DNA of 64,000 nt. Origin: Lama guanicoe. Its lineage: Eukaryota. Shown here piece by piece: positions 49,697 through 63,144 of this stretch. Positions within the stretch are counted from its first letter, which is position 1. Each line of letters starts with the position of its first letter. The position numbers and the translations under genes are program-made. The notes below the pieces were generated by a model. It was given only the letters and a program-made list of their open reading frames with translations, had not been told where the DNA came from and made no database searches. The DNA is taken from NCBI GenBank assembly GCA_013239625.1, contig MU053652.1, forward strand, positions 5,571,902-5,635,901. Reading direction: 5' to 3'.

Positions 49697-49896
49697 CATG
49701 ACCCCGCTGCTTCTGCATCCGCAGGTTCAGTCAACAACAATTCAATTCATTTGGTTGAATCTGCAGATGTGGAACCCGGGGATATGGAGGGCCGGCTGTA
49801 CGAAGCCATCTATGTAAGGAACTTGAGCATCCACGGACTTTGGTATCCACTGGGGTCCTGGAACCAATCCCCCATGGCTACTGAGGAATGCCTCTG
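49697..49896 (-). mobile_element. TcMar-Tigger non-autonomous element (MER2/MER8-like)
   Basis: Minus strand gggggattggttccaggacccc..ggataccaaagtccgtggatgctcaagt; plus strand ggttgaatctgcagatgtggaacccggggatatggagggccggctg. Confidence 0.85.
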
Positions 49897-52800
49897 AGTA
49901 TATGGGACTTATTTTATAAAAAACCAACAACCAACAAACAAGCAAAGAGAAAAATATTTCAAAAAGAGAATGGATATGGGTCAGGAGTCGGAGGGATTAG
50001 ATTATCTGCTGTATTTGTTTAGAAAAGGTAAATTGAAGAAGGGCTTTGCAGTTCTGCACTGTAGGTATCACAAAGGGTTAAAGTAAGGGTTGTGGAACCT
50101 CTTCTGTGCTACCTGTTTTTGGCACACTTGGTGGCGAGGAGACTAGGGGTGCTGCTAATACTGCTGACTGGGATCAGACCACCAGTTGGAGAGAGAAAAG
50201 GAGGGAATATGGAAATACTCTGATTTGTGCCAAATAGGCTGCTGTAATCTTGGCATGTTGGGAACAATTAGGATCTCCTTTTTAAAAAGAAAATGAGTAA
50301 TTAGTGCAAACTCTAATCTGTAACTTTCCTATGGATTTACAACCTGGCAAAAATACTTTCATTTCTTGACTTTTTAAGCCAAGAATTGTAAACAGGGAAT
50401 CTTACTGCTAGGCAGAAATCAGTTGTTTATTTTTTTTACCCCAAAAATGCCCTGCATTTTGAATCAAAAAAGAAACTCGCCTGGTATTAGAATCCACAAT
50501 TCTGTCAGTATTTTTTTTTTTAATTGCAAAGCAAATTAAATTTTTGGAAAGGTACCCAGACAAACCCAAAGATGGTAAAACAACGCTGCAATTTTAAGTT
50601 TTGAATCTTAAATGGAAAACCAACAGCTGATTGTTATGGCTAAGTAAGTTTCCACCTACATAAATTTAACAAAAACAGAAGGGGAAAGTTTAATATAATT
50701 TAGGAATGAACACTCTTCATTTTATGTTTGACTTGATAAAATATGTTAACATACAGGAGGAGCTGGCTGCCATCACCAAGTAGAGGTAGCGGTTGATTGG
50801 TTTACATAATATGCCAGGCGTGTGTTAGTTAGATTGTGAGGTTACAGAATTATTATGACATAGCTTCTTCCTGGCCCATAATGCAGGGAGGGGGAGAGAA
50901 CATGAGCAGATAATGCCTGTATAATGGGGGAAATGGGATGTAGGGACAGCTGGAGAGTGTCCACCTGATATTCTGCATGTTTAGCTACAATTCATAGACG
51001 CCTGATCTGTGGGACGGTGCTGGAGACTTGACATACGTGGTGTGTGTGTAAACTCCAACTCCCACAGCAGTCCTACTTTTAACCTCATTTTTTACACGAG
51101 GGAAGCAAGTTTTAGCAAGATTGAATTGTCCAAGATCATGTAGCTAGTTTTGGTCAGAACGGAGATCTGAACTTGGAGGTCTGAATGACCTTGAAACCCC
51201 TTTGCATTATAATGCTGTGATTTTGTTTTTAATCCTCTGCTCTAAATCTTGAATACTTTCTGTCCAGCTAATACACAATTTTTTTCCAGGTAGATCTGGA
51301 AGCCTTCTTAGACTGTGAATGTTTTAGACCTCGCTTATGTGTGATAGGGAATTTTCTCAGGAGTGAAATATTAAAAAAGGGAGCTAGAACTCATAGCACA
51401 TTGAACTGGAATTTTACTGCATTATGGACATTTATCTGGAAGAAGAAATGTGAATGTCCATTACGTTTTCAAATACAGACACATGCTCCATGCTAAATGA
51501 GTGGATAAATTTGTTCTTCATAGAAATGTCCATTGCTTGTTCATGTATGTGTTTATAGAAACAGTGAGTCTCAGAAGTACACAGCAGAGGTTGACACATT
51601 TTTCCACAGTCCTGGGTAAGTTTTGTAGCTGATCTCAGGTACCAGGATTTGAAAGATTTGAATCAAAAATATATCTCTCTAGTGGAAAGAGGGAAGTCTC
51701 TGATCTGCCACAACCTACTAAATTTATGTTTTAAATATCTTCACATTTTATGTTATAAAGATTCTGCTGGGTTGTACTTTATAGCACAGAGTTGAATGCT
51801 ACTATTATGGATGCTGGCTTCCTTCCTGTAGGTAGAATGAATACGACACAATCCATTCTGCCGTACACAAGCTATAAGGAGGATGCTTCTGGCTGTTAAG
51901 GGTGAATCGTATCTGTGGAATGAATTAACAGTTGGGCTGTTTGCAGTATATTGGATCTGCCCATTTCACAACTGCATTCATTAAATCCAAACTTGATGAA
52001 AACTGTTCATATTAAATTTGATAACCCTAATTTTCACAAGTTACACAAATTATAAAGCTCCTTTAAAAATTCTGTGATGTTTGTGTTATTTTTGTCTTTT
52101 AATAACTAAGTCATTTTTAGACTGGGTACACGTTCTTAACCGTATATTGGTGGAAGCACTTCATAATTTATGACTCTTACTGAATTAGTTTAGAATTCCG
52201 TGCTCTTGTCTGATTCTGTCTTTATGCTTTGACATGGAAGAATGTACCATTAGTGAACAATCTTAGCTTTCCAATGGAATTCACTGAACTTTTAAGGAAT
52301 TCCTGTGATAAGCATACCACTGTGTAAGAGCTAGTTGGTTTGAAGAGGAAAAAGAACGAATCCTCACTGTCTAGAAATTATTGTTTACAAAGATATTAGC
52401 AGGCAAGAGATCTGTATTGGTTACTTCCCCTGTTATTCGTCAGAGAGGGGCAACTTCTTTGGAGCTAGCCAGGTGGGGAAAACGACCTATCTTATATTTA
52501 AATTCTCCTTGGGAATAAGAACAATAATTGTAGATGAAGTAAAAGGGGCTCTTTGCCCAACTACTTGTAACAGTCTTATACCTGGTTCATTCTTCGAAAA
52601 ATACATTACCTATTAATTCTTTATCTCTCAACTCTGACTTCCAAAGTGAATTATTCTCATCTATTCCCTTGGTTCGGTCCCACCCTGATCTGCAGAACAG
52701 CGTCACTTCTGGAGGAAAGAGTGGGGAAAGCTCAGTTGGAATTAGTGAAAAGTCTTTATTATGAATATTTTAAATTTAGTTTTGTTATTTTCAAACATCT

Positions 52801-53979
52801 GTAATAGCTCAAACAATGCCTGAAAGGAATTGCTTGGAATATTTTCAGTTAGAGATTTCTGTGGACCTGCGTTAATGAATAGCTAAAAAGTTGATTTATA
52901 ATTAGTTTTACATAATGTTCACATTTATTTATATGGAAATGGGCATGCTTAGATTCCTCAAAATAGTTTCTCTTCTTTTGAATGGGTTAAATACAGTTTT
53001 CTGAAAATGTTTCCATCCTATTAATTTACTGAGTAAACTTTCCTTTTTAAAAATGGATGACGAAAACATAAACTCCAACTCAACCAAACATCTCTAATCC
53101 GAATCAGTGATTTTCTTTAATACAAGAGGTGGTACCATTGATGAGTTAAAGATGAAAATCCCATTAAATTTTCATCACATTGTATTTCTCCACTGGTCAT
53201 ACGTTTAGTATTTTTAAAAAGTTCTTTCTGAAGTTTGTAGAAATGTTAACCTGTTACAAGGTCTTTGTGAAAGTTCGGACCTATGTGTGACAGACCCAGA
53301 AGAAAGCTAGCCAAAATTTGAATAGATTCTTCACTTAGCTGAAACAGTTTATATATCTAGAAGATATATATCTTGTCTACATTTTATAGTTAAGAGCTGA
53401 AGGTTTTTTTTCATATATAATAAAAAACACTTACCAGTTAACAGACCAGGAAATGTCATGAGCATAGCTCTGACAGTTATAATGTTTCAAAATATTATGG
53501 TAACAAGCTGAACACTATTACATTTGATTTTTTTCTCTTAAAATGGTTATGACTTTCTTATCATTCAAATTCTATTTTGATTGCGTTTACCTTTGATAGC
53601 AAAATGTTTTGGTTCAGTTTTTGAAATGATTCCAGTTGGTTTTCACACTTCCTTTGTTGAATCACAGCAGGTTTTAAGGCTAAATCAGGCCCACTGGAAT
53701 TTATGTAACAGTAGTTTATCAAGTCGAGGTGGTATTTCATGGAGGTGAGATCTGTAGCCTGATGTGACTGTTTTAAATTGGTCGGTGAAGTGTTGAACAA
53801 TTTTATCCATTGCAAAACTGTAGATATTTTCTCACTCATTCCTTTTCTCAGTAATTTCTGTCACTTTTTTTCTCAAGGAAGGAAGCTCTGTGCATATATG
53901 TACTTACTGGTGACTTTTTTCCCACAAATTAAATCATTTAAAGAGTGATTGTATAATGATAATAAAATAAAATAGTAAT

Positions 53980-54310
53980 AATAACAGCTAATGCTTAGGT
54001 AGTACTTTTACATACTTGGCTCTCTATGAAATGAATTACACATATAATTTTATTTAATCTTCATAGTTAAATGTACCTTTTTTAAAAAAATTAAAGTATA
54101 GTCAGTTACAATGTGTCAATTTCTGGTATACAGCATAATGTTTCAGTCATATATATACACGTATATATTTGTTTTCATATTAAACCTACTTTTTGGATTG
54201 GGGATCTAAGGGATAACCTGTAAGGATGAACAGAGATGGTATCCAGGAGCAGGGCACAAAACCAGAACTTGCCTGATGCTAAAGTCCACGTGCTTAATGA
54301 TTGCATCTGC
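53980..54310 (-). mobile_element. MIR interrupted by a short minus-strand young L1 3' end (~54075-54180)
   Basis: MIR atttaatcttcatag...aaagtccacgtgcttaa flanking aagtatagtcagttacaatgtgtcaatttctggtatacagc; degenerate TSD ttaaatgtacctttt / ttaaacctactttt. Confidence 0.65.
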
Positions 54311-54719
54311 CTCAATAAAACTACTTTCCTTGCATGTTCTCTTTCCTTAGCCAGTCAGAACTTTTAGGGAGTCTTATGTCCTAATTAATCACTTGATATA
54401 GGCTGTAAAATGGGCTTCAATTTTTTGCAGCACTAGAGGGAATGTTTCTTTATTAGTTGTTATTTATTAGCATACACATCAAAGAGAATTAATTTAAAAG
54501 GAGAGTAGAAACAAAATGTCTGTTTACTGGATTTTTTAAAAAGGTGGTAGAGATTTATGGAGTTAATTTAATTTTTAAAGTACCCCAGCTACTGCTCCAA
54601 CAAAGGTCTTCCTTAGGGAAGGTGGGTCTGGGGAGAAATCATGCTGTGTGTCCTGCTTTCTCCAGAGAAAACCTGGAACTCAGCTTGTCAGTCCATCCAC
54701 TGCAGTCAGGGAGGAGTTT

Positions 54720-55065
54720 CCTGGGGGACCCAGTCCCTGTCCTTCCTCAGGGTCTTTATACCTGCTCTTTCCTTGTACTTACGAAGCCAGACTTCTTGTC
54801 CTTCAAAACTCAGTTCAGACTCCCTCTCCTGGGAAAATCCCTGCCTGACCTCTCAGCTAATGTGAGATTGCTCCTCTTATCTGCCCTCCCACACCCTCTT
54901 TACTGCCGGCGTGGCGTCTTCTCTCACTAGCTGTTGTGATTTGCTCTCTGTGTCGCCTATGAATCCTATGCTTCTTGAACTGTGTCTGTCTCACTGCGTC
55001 TCTAGTATTGAGCAGAATGGCATGTAATAGGTGGTCAGTAATATTTGAGGAATGGTTGAATGAAT
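54720..55065 (+). mobile_element. L2 3' end
   Basis: tccttcaaaactcagttcag...ctctcctgggaaaatccctgcctgac...gttgaatgaat. Confidence 0.7.
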
Positions 55066-56049
55066 AGGAGAGCTTTGAGAAGGAGAAGAGTTAAAAGGAA
55101 TAAATGTAGTGAAAATAATTTTTAAATTTATAGCCTGAGCAGATCGAATTGGAATCGGTAGCACCAAAGGGTGGGGTGGGGGTGGGGGTGTCTTTTTCCC
55201 TTAGCATGTGAAACACAGACTTAGCTTTTCCTTTGAAACGGAACAAGGGAGTCACAACTTCATCTTCTAAAAATCAGCTGTGTCCCTGGTCACTTCCTTT
55301 AACAAGGCAAGGCCTTAATTCAAAATCCAGACTTCAGATTTGCTAGATCCCAGAGAAGGCTGTTTGTACCTTGCCATAGATAGTGAAGACTGGTCAGTGG
55401 TGCATAAGGGATTCTAATTTGCCTTTGTTTTTTCTCTAAGACTGCAGAATTCAAAATAAATGACATGTTTTAAAGTACCGTTCTTTATTTTGAAAAAAAT
55501 GGTACTATACTTAAAAACTAAATACATGCTGTTTAGATTACTCTTTTGCATTTAAAAGTTCAGAGTGGCATAGATTTAGGGAGGAAAACATAATTAAACA
55601 TAGATAACAGATGCCAAGAAACAAGAGATAAAAGGTTAAATTATAATAGTAATATAGCAAGTAGTAGACATGTGAAAAATCATTTACCACAAAATGACCA
55701 TGGATGGGACCAAAAGTCCCATCTTTGAATCCTGGAGTGAAAAAACAGAGAAATGACAACTGTGGTAAATCGATTGCCTAAAAATATGTAAGTCATATTA
55801 CTATTTTAAGAAAATGATATCAGAAAAAAAATTAGAAGTTTGGAGTAGTGAGATACCTAAACCATAGTCCCTATGGGCAGGTAAGAACTGAGAAAGTGAT
55901 TTAAAGAAGGAAGCCCTCATTAACTGAAGGTCCCTGGCCCTGGAATATGGCTCTTACATGTGAATCTACTAAAAATGGGACTGACTTTTCAAAGTAAACA
56001 GTTAAAAAACAACAACACTGGATTGGAGCTTTACCTTAAAAATCAGAAC

Positions 56050-56252
56050 TACTATATACAGAGTAGAGAAACAACAAGGTCATACTGTATAGCACAGAGG
56101 ACTATATTCAGTATCTTGTAGTGACCTATGTTGAAAAAGAATATGAAAAGGAATATATATATATATATATATATATAAAACTGAATCACTATGTGTACAC
56201 CAGAAACTAACACAACATTGTAAATCCACTATACTTCAATTTAAAAAAAATT
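56050..56252 (+). mobile_element. Young 5'-truncated L1 3' end containing (AT)n
   Basis: aacaaggtcatactgtatagcacagaggactatattcagtatcttgta...cacaacattgtaaatccactatacttcaat; approximate TSD aaaaatcagaac / aaaaatcaaaac. Confidence 0.88.
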
Positions 56253-56869
56253 TAAAAATCAAAACAAAAATTATGAAACTAATTAAAGACATATCCAACA
56301 CTGTCTTACAAAAGCAAAAATCAGAACAAAGGGACACGAACAAACAAGATTTTCACAGGCTGAGTTCAGGACCTCAGATGTTAGTGTTGCAGTCTTCCTC
56401 AAAACTCAATTTCTACTCTCTTCTTTTGAGAAATCTTGCCTTGAATATGGAGGGCAGGATCTGGTTGTAGAGGCAAGGAGACTAGAATTAATGAAGGTGT
56501 GGCATGGTATTTTCTGTTCATGGTCTCTTGCTTGGGTTTGAGCTGACAGAATGCAAATCATTGTGTAAAACTTTGTAAGAACCTGGGTACCAGCCTATCT
56601 GCTAAGGACCCCAGCTCACACAGTGGGGCCAGAATGTAGGTCCTGGAAACTTGAGACAGTAGTTCGAGAGTATCAGGAGGACAGAGACATGAGTTTTTTT
56701 GAGGCAGGTACCACCGCAAAGGCATAAGTGGTCAGCATCCTTCTAATGGCTTTGTCGGGGCTGGTGGATGTTCACAGGTGGGAGCCATACAGAAGGGAGG
56801 ATAGGGCAGTTGCCTTGGGCTGCTTCAAAGACAGACAGGTTTATGGGCAAACATGAGACTTTCCTTTGG

Positions 56870-56947
56870 GGACTTCTGAGTATGGTCCCCAGGCCAGTAG
56901 CATTAGCATCTCCTGGGAACTTGTTAAAAATTTCAGTGCTCCAGAAC
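56870..56947 (+). mobile_element. MER5A fragment
   Basis: tggtccccaggccagtagcattagcatctcctgggaacttgttaaaaat. Confidence 0.7.
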
Positions 56948-56979
56948 TTTCTCCAAAGCCGTGGGGGCATGTTCTAGTG

Positions 56980-57298
56980 TAGGCAGTATCTGGGAGTGTG
57001 GGAGAATCAGTGCCTTGCGGGGAACCCTCAACCAGTGGGTTAGGAAGTTGGCAAATAAATGCCCCAGACTCCCATCACTTAGAAGAACAATTCCAAAGAA
57101 GATTTTCTATAATTCCTGTGGGTCCCATACAGAGTGGAGCTTCAGGTCCCTACAGTGGTAACCAGGCAATGATACATCCTTTAACTTGGCTATCTTACCT
57201 TTCCAACTCTTTTATTCCTGCTTTCTCGAAACACCTCTTGAAAAAACTGCCTGAACCCAAGTCCTTGTCTCAGGCTCTTTTTTGGTGATGATAAGAAC
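56980..57298 (+). mobile_element. ERVL solo LTR (LTR16-like)
   Basis: ctcaaccagtggg...aaataaatgccccag...cctacagtggtaac...aaaaaactgcctgaacccaagtccttgtctcaggctc. Confidence 0.75.
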
Positions 57299-57759
57299 AA
57301 TCCATTAATAGTAACAAGATACCCACAAACACATGTATTGGTTTATAAAAATATTCTGACTTGTGCTAAGTGTATGGATTCCAGAGAGTATTTTTAAGTT
57401 TCATGCCACACTGAGAAGCCCTAAGTGTGGGACATAGGATCTCTGTCATGTTGGTGGATGTCCAGAACGTTGTTTAGGAAGAAATAAACTCTCTACCAGG
57501 ACACGGGCACAGGGGAAAATAACTTCATTCATGGCTGCCAAGGATAGTCTTTCAGATTGATTCTCTGATTGATTTAGCTTCCTGCGGTCTGTGAATTAGA
57601 TCCCCCACTGTGTGCAATTTTCACTTACTGAGAAGTTTAGTCTCTTGAGATGCTGTTTCTTGGTGTGTCTGGATAAGAATGAGAAGTGAAATCTTTAGCA
57701 GATTAGCCCAAGTGTTTGAGAATTTGATTTTTGGTTATTTTGAATACTTAATCTACATG

Positions 57760-58160
57760 TGTTAGAGGTCAATGGGAGACATGACTTCTGGTTAGCCTGC
57801 AAGCTGGACCTGGGCATTTGGAGGCTCCTCATCCCCTGCCCTGTCTTTGGGATGTACATCTGCCCACCATTCCCACACTAGGAGCTATTTCAAGAATGCA
57901 GCCTGGAGAGAGTTATGCGTTATTGAGGTCATCTGGACTGAATCCATGCCCTAACCTCATTAAAGTCACCACATAAACTTTTAAGGTCCTGGTACAGTAC
58001 AGAGATCTACTTACCTTGAGGCTGCTCAAGACAAGCCTCATGTTTAAGTTCCCTTGCTCATGAAACCTGCCACCTGCCGATCTGGAGTGTCTACCTCTTT
58101 CTTCATTCTCTCCTTGCCCTCTGTGTATGGGGGCCAGTTTCACCTGGGAAGCTCCCAATA
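57760..58160 (+). mobile_element. ERV-type solo LTR, family unassigned
   Basis: Starts TGTTAG; LTR-like body with cacataaac (TATA-like) and aagacaagcctcatgtttaagttcccttgctcatgaaacctgccacc. Confidence 0.55.
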
Positions 58161-58879
58161 TTGTGACCTGACAAAAAGCATATGTATTTTTCAGTGTGTA
58201 ATGAATTGATGGCTAAAATTATACTAGAGAACAGGGAGTTTGGTCTTACGCCCAGCAATTTGGTTTCTCAAAGATATTGAACACTTTTGCCTTGATGTGG
58301 GGAAAGCAGTTCAAAGGAAATAAAAATCTTTTTCATGAAGTAAGACTATTAGCTAATAGCTGCAGCAGGGAATGGTAAATAAAAGCATGAAGTCCCGTTT
58401 ATGCTTCAACTGAAAACATAATTATTGTTTTTTGGTTTATACCTACGATTCTATAGATTTATTGAAGATGTCAGGACTTGAAAATGTTGCCTCTACCTGG
58501 GTTCCTGCGATGAAATGCATCGCACATGGAATTCTGACATACTTATGGATGTTTATACACATCATTTATTCCTAGGAAGAAATAATTCCAATTTATCAGG
58601 TTGGATATGGTGAAGAAAGAGTTGTTTTGAAGTCATAGGATTAATGTTAATAATTCAGTTGTTATAGGACCTTAATTCATACTTTTTTTCCCCCCTTCCT
58701 GTCAGTTTTTCCCTTGTTTCACTCAGATATTAGCTATTGCTCAGTCTTCCGCTGGGTCTTCTGCTGTGGCAGCCGCCAGCCAAGCTGATTGGGGAAGAAA
58801 AAAGTTCTGAATGTAGATATAAAGGAATGTAGATATGAAGGATGTAAATGGCAGGAAATCTACCTCCCCTGCTATTCCT

Positions 58880-59110
58880 AGGGAAGTTATAGAGTATCGT
58901 GGAAAAAATGTGGTATTTTGGGATCCAATAAATTCTAGCTTAAACCTTAGCCTTTCATCATTAGCTGCATATAATCAAAGGACAGTTACTCAACTTTCTG
59001 TGTCTCAGTTTTCTTACCTAGAAAAGAGATGATATTTACCTACAAAGATTGCTGCAAAAGTTAGAGAGAGGATACATAAACCTAGAAGGCTTACAATAAA
59101 TGGTAAATAT
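58880..59110 (+). mobile_element. MIR
   Basis: agttactcaactttctgtgtctcagttttcttacct. Confidence 0.6.
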
Positions 59111-59559
59111 TATTACTGTTTCTTTACTACATAGAAAGGAAGTTTCAGAGAAGGATCCCTCTGGTAAGAGTGAGTGATAAACCTTGTGCTTGGCGGGCAG
59201 GTTTCCAGGCCACGTAGTAACAGTGGTGTAAACAAAAATGACTCAGCTTGAAGGTCTTAATATAGGACTTTCCTCCAAATAGCCCTACTGTCTTTATAGT
59301 ATGATATTCAAACCTGGGTGATTTTTAGGGTAGTCAGTAGAACAGTTTAGTGTCATCTCAGAACAGGGAATATGAATTTTTAAAAGTTGCCTGAGATGAT
59401 TCTGATAATCAGTCAGCTTTGGGAACCATTTCTTAATATTCAGACCCACTACTTCCAGACTGATTTTGGGCATTATAAGGTGAAGAGCTACAATTTTTTT
59501 TTTTAAGATCTTTTGCCTTTTTTTTTTTTAACTATCTTGCATTTTCTGCTCTGAACAAA

Positions 59560-60330
59560 ATTAATGCAATTCCTTAATGTCATGTGGAATCCAATCCATA
59601 TTCAAATTGCTCAAATTGTCTCAAAAATGTCTTTTATAGTTGGTTTGTTTGAATCAGTATCCAAACGAGATCTACATATTGCATTTGGTTGATATGTCCC
59701 TTACGTCTTTCTTCTTTTTTAATATCATTGGTTTCTTGGAGACACTTTGTCATTTTAGACTTTCGAGTGTTTCACATTTTGGATTTGATGGATTGCTTTC
59801 TTATATTACCTAACTTGTTGCTCTATTCCGTATTTAATATAAACTGTTGATTTGATATGGAGACTTGATTATATTCAGGTTCAATTTATTTTCGAATTAT
59901 TATACTTTTTATGTGTTCAATTCATGGCAGTCATTATTCTTTTTGATGAAATTTGTCCCATCTTAGGTCAGTGGGAACTCCTTCCTGTTGGTTCCAGTGT
60001 CCTTTGACCCAACACTATTAGTTCTTGGTAATGTCATTGCTTTCTGGCACAATAATATGTCCCAGGTTCATCTGGCTGTATATCTAGAATCCGTGATTCC
60101 TAGAAGGGGCCTTGCTTTCTTTCAGTGGGGAATGGTATTTAGAGACCACAATGAGAGTGCCAGGAAAGTTCATTACTACTGCATTGTCATTGCATTTAGC
60201 AATTTCAAAGACGGAGTTAGGAAATACATGTTTAAAAATAAATCATGCGTGTACATTGGTATTTCCAATTCAAATTTAAGATTACAGAATATTTACTGAA
60301 TTTGCTTGGTTTTATACTTGGATCTCTTCA
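59560..60330 (-). mobile_element. Old L1 (L1MC4/ME-like) 3' region
   Basis: ttgtctcaaaaatgtc...ggtttgtttgaatcagtatccaaac...attgcatttggttgatatgtc...ggttccagtgtcctttgac. Confidence 0.7.
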
Positions 60331-60339
60331 GTCTTAGGC

Positions 60340-60880
60340 TGGACGTTTGAAGGCTTGCACCCTGGCCTGCATAGCCGTGCTGGCCCTTGGTACACCTGCT
60401 CTTGTATTACAGTCTCCCCCATCCTCTGGTTTGCCTGTATTACAGCTGTCATGCAGTTGGCATTTCCCTGGCTCCCCTGTCAGCTGGCTTCCAGTTGTCA
60501 ATGGGGGACACTGGTAGGAGACTGGCAGATGAGAAGGGGAGAGATTCTAAGTTATTTCTCCCCTTCCATCTCTGCTTTGAAAATCATTTGTGGTGGTGGC
60601 TATGTCTCCTCTGAAGCCTTAGCCCCCATGATACTGGCTTACCAGGGTTTCAGTTTTAATTGAATGACCCTGGCCACTGGCTCTGGTTACACCATCTCCT
60701 TCCCCACTCTCTCTGGTTTACGCATGGTAGTGACTTCCTCTTGGGGCTAGTCTCTGGGTTATATCACTGCCTTCTGCGTTTTCCCCTCCCCTGTCACCTG
60801 TGTGACAAATTCTCTGTATTGTAGTATTTGTGCTTTAAATACTCAAGTGGTTTCTATTATTTGGTTAGACTCTGATGCCA
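60340..60880 (+). mobile_element. ERVL solo LTR (LTR33/LTR41-like)
   Basis: catttccctggctcccctgtcagctggcttccagttg..caatggg..cactggtaggagactgg...gtggtttctatt. Confidence 0.7.
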
Positions 60881-61059
60881 TAGTGTTGCTAAATCACTTA
60901 ACATTTTATTTTACCAACAAACTCTTGTGAATTTTTGACTGCTTGGAGCTTGCAGACTGAATCCTAACAGTCATTATTAACATGATCACAAGTCATTTAT
61001 TAATCATCACACTGTGGATATCATTTTATACATTTCTGCTTTTCCTTCTTAATCAGAAC

Positions 61060-61400
61060 TGTTAGCCTTTGTCTAATTATACTTCCCCTCTGGCTCCTGA
61101 ATCTGCCATTCCCACTGCCCTCACCCCACTTCAGGCCATCATGACAACCTCCTTAAATTTCACAATAACTTCACAACTCTCTCCCCACCTCCAGTCCCTT
61201 CATTCTCCAGTCTATTTTAATATATGCTGCCAGATTTATTTTTATAAAGCACAGCTCTGATAATGTCACACCATCACTAAGAAAGAAAATCTCCTGTGGT
61301 TTCCCATCACCTACCAAATTAAGCACAGACTCTTTGTACTGGCCTTCAATATTCTCCATTAAATGTCCCCAAATTTACCTCTATGTGGAGTCTTTCCTCA
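61060..61400 (+). mobile_element. L2 remnant
   Basis: caggccatcat...ctccagtctattt...gctgccagat...ctgataatgtcac. Confidence 0.6.
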
Positions 61401-62084
61401 TACAAGCCATGCTTCAGTCTATTGATCCATTGGCATGGAAGATCCTGGGAAATAAGAAAGATACCTCTGACTTTGCCATGCAGGATGTGCTGTTTGAAAC
61501 GTATTACGAAGAGACCAAGTCAAGTTAGGCCTAAAGGTAGTGAACAAATTTGGATGTCATCATCAGAAAAACGATTCCTTCTGTATCAGATATCATTCTT
61601 CTATAAAGAATTTTCCTGCATTCACTATTTAATTAGTCTGAGCTACTTTGAGGCAAATTAAATATTTAACCTTTTCCCCTGTTTGTTATCAATTTTTAGT
61701 GTAATAATTTAGTGCCCAAGCAACGTCCAGTGGTGACCAATGAATTTCTGAGTATTATTATGAATTCCTGCATCATTATATATTTAGATTCATTTTATTT
61801 TTCTTCTTGATGCGCATTGTCCCATCCCAGGTAATGAATCCATCTCTTTTAGATTTTAAAACATAGAGATCACAACGAATAAACCCTTACAGATAAAATG
61901 ACATTCACCTTTTATAGGCTTGTTTATTTTACTGGGAGTTCTGGGTCCCTCTGGACTCATTTTGGAAACAAAATGTCAGTGATGAAGGAACTTTCTTACT
62001 TTTAGAGAAGGTCATTGTTGACACTTAATTGTATCGTTTCTGTGGGTTTACTTGATCTTCCTTTGTTCTTTGTTGTAGGCTACA

Positions 62085-62860
62085 TGCATTCATTTATTCA
62101 TGTTTGTTGAACCTTTTAATACTAGGTACTGTAGACATGATGATGAATAAGATGGACAGGACTATTGTTCTTGTGAAGCTTAAATCCTACAGGAGATACA
62201 GACATCAAACAATAAACTACACAAATAATAATATAATTCCAATAGTATATGTACAGTAGAGGAGAAACTCAAGAGCATTACAAGCAACTGTGTTGGGGGC
62301 GCTGACCTGTTGGGGGCAGGAGGCTGGGAAGGCTTCCCTGAGGAAGTGATGTTTGAGCAGAGGTCTGAAGGATGAGCAAGGATTTAGGTGAAGAGGGTAT
62401 ATGAGCATAGAACACAGCAAGTAAGAAGGCATTAAAGAGAGAAGAAACATAGTACCTTTTAGGACTGAAAGAAAGGCTACTGTGGCTGGAGTGTGGAGTC
62501 CTATCGGATAACTGAAACCAGTTGGAGAGGTATGCAGGGACCAGACCATGCAAGACCTTCTAGATCATGGTAAGGACAGTCCAGTTTTTAAAATAGAAAG
62601 CTATCATAATCAGATCTGCATTGGGCTAGAGAGTGGGAAATATACTGGATGGAGACAAGAATGCATGCTGAGATGCCAGCAGAGATCCAGGTGAGAGATA
62701 ATGCGATGTGGGACTGGAGACATGCCAGTGGAGATAAGATATATTAAGGCTGTGAGATATTTTGAAGGTAAACAGAACAGGCGATTGCATGAAAATGAGT
62801 GTTGAGAGAGATAGGAGTGGGAAAGCAGGACACCCAAGTTTCAAATGACTTGAGAAGGAC
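62085..62860 (-). mobile_element. L2 (long remnant)
   Basis: cattcatttattca...ggaaggcttccctgaggaagtgatgtttgagcagag...gtggctggagtg...ccaggtgagagataatg...gatattttgaaggtaaa. Confidence 0.85.
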
Positions 62861-62916
62861 TTGGCTTTGAAGGGTGTTGAGCTGGGGTGGAAGGAGAAGC
62901 CAGGCATTGATTTTTT

Positions 62917-63144
62917 TTTTTAAATAGAAGTATGTTTTATTTTTTATAGGACTGACTATCAGATTCTGTTTGCATGCATGACTGTATTAGCTAAGCTTAA
63001 AGAGCAGACCATAATTATCATATAAATGCATTCCTTCCCATTATATTTTTTCCTAGATGAATAACTTATTCATGTTTTGCCACACCAGCTGCCCATCCTT
63101 GTAGTAGTTAAGTGTTATTGCTCTTGTATCGTATCTGACTTGAT
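62917..63144 (-). pseudogene. L1-mediated retroposed non-repeat sequence (5'-truncated mRNA 3'UTR retrocopy or orphan transduction)
   Basis: Perfect 16-bp TSD CAGGCATTGATTTTTT at 62901-62916 and 63145-63160; minus-strand AATAAA (62936-62941) ~15 nt before the A tail; TTTT/AA endonuclease site. Confidence 0.75.

Noticed and set aside
53561..53839. 92-aa minus-strand ATG ORF with an internal AAG|GTAAAC donor
   Set aside because: No pyrimidine-rich acceptor upstream and no recognisable homology; the length is within chance expectation.
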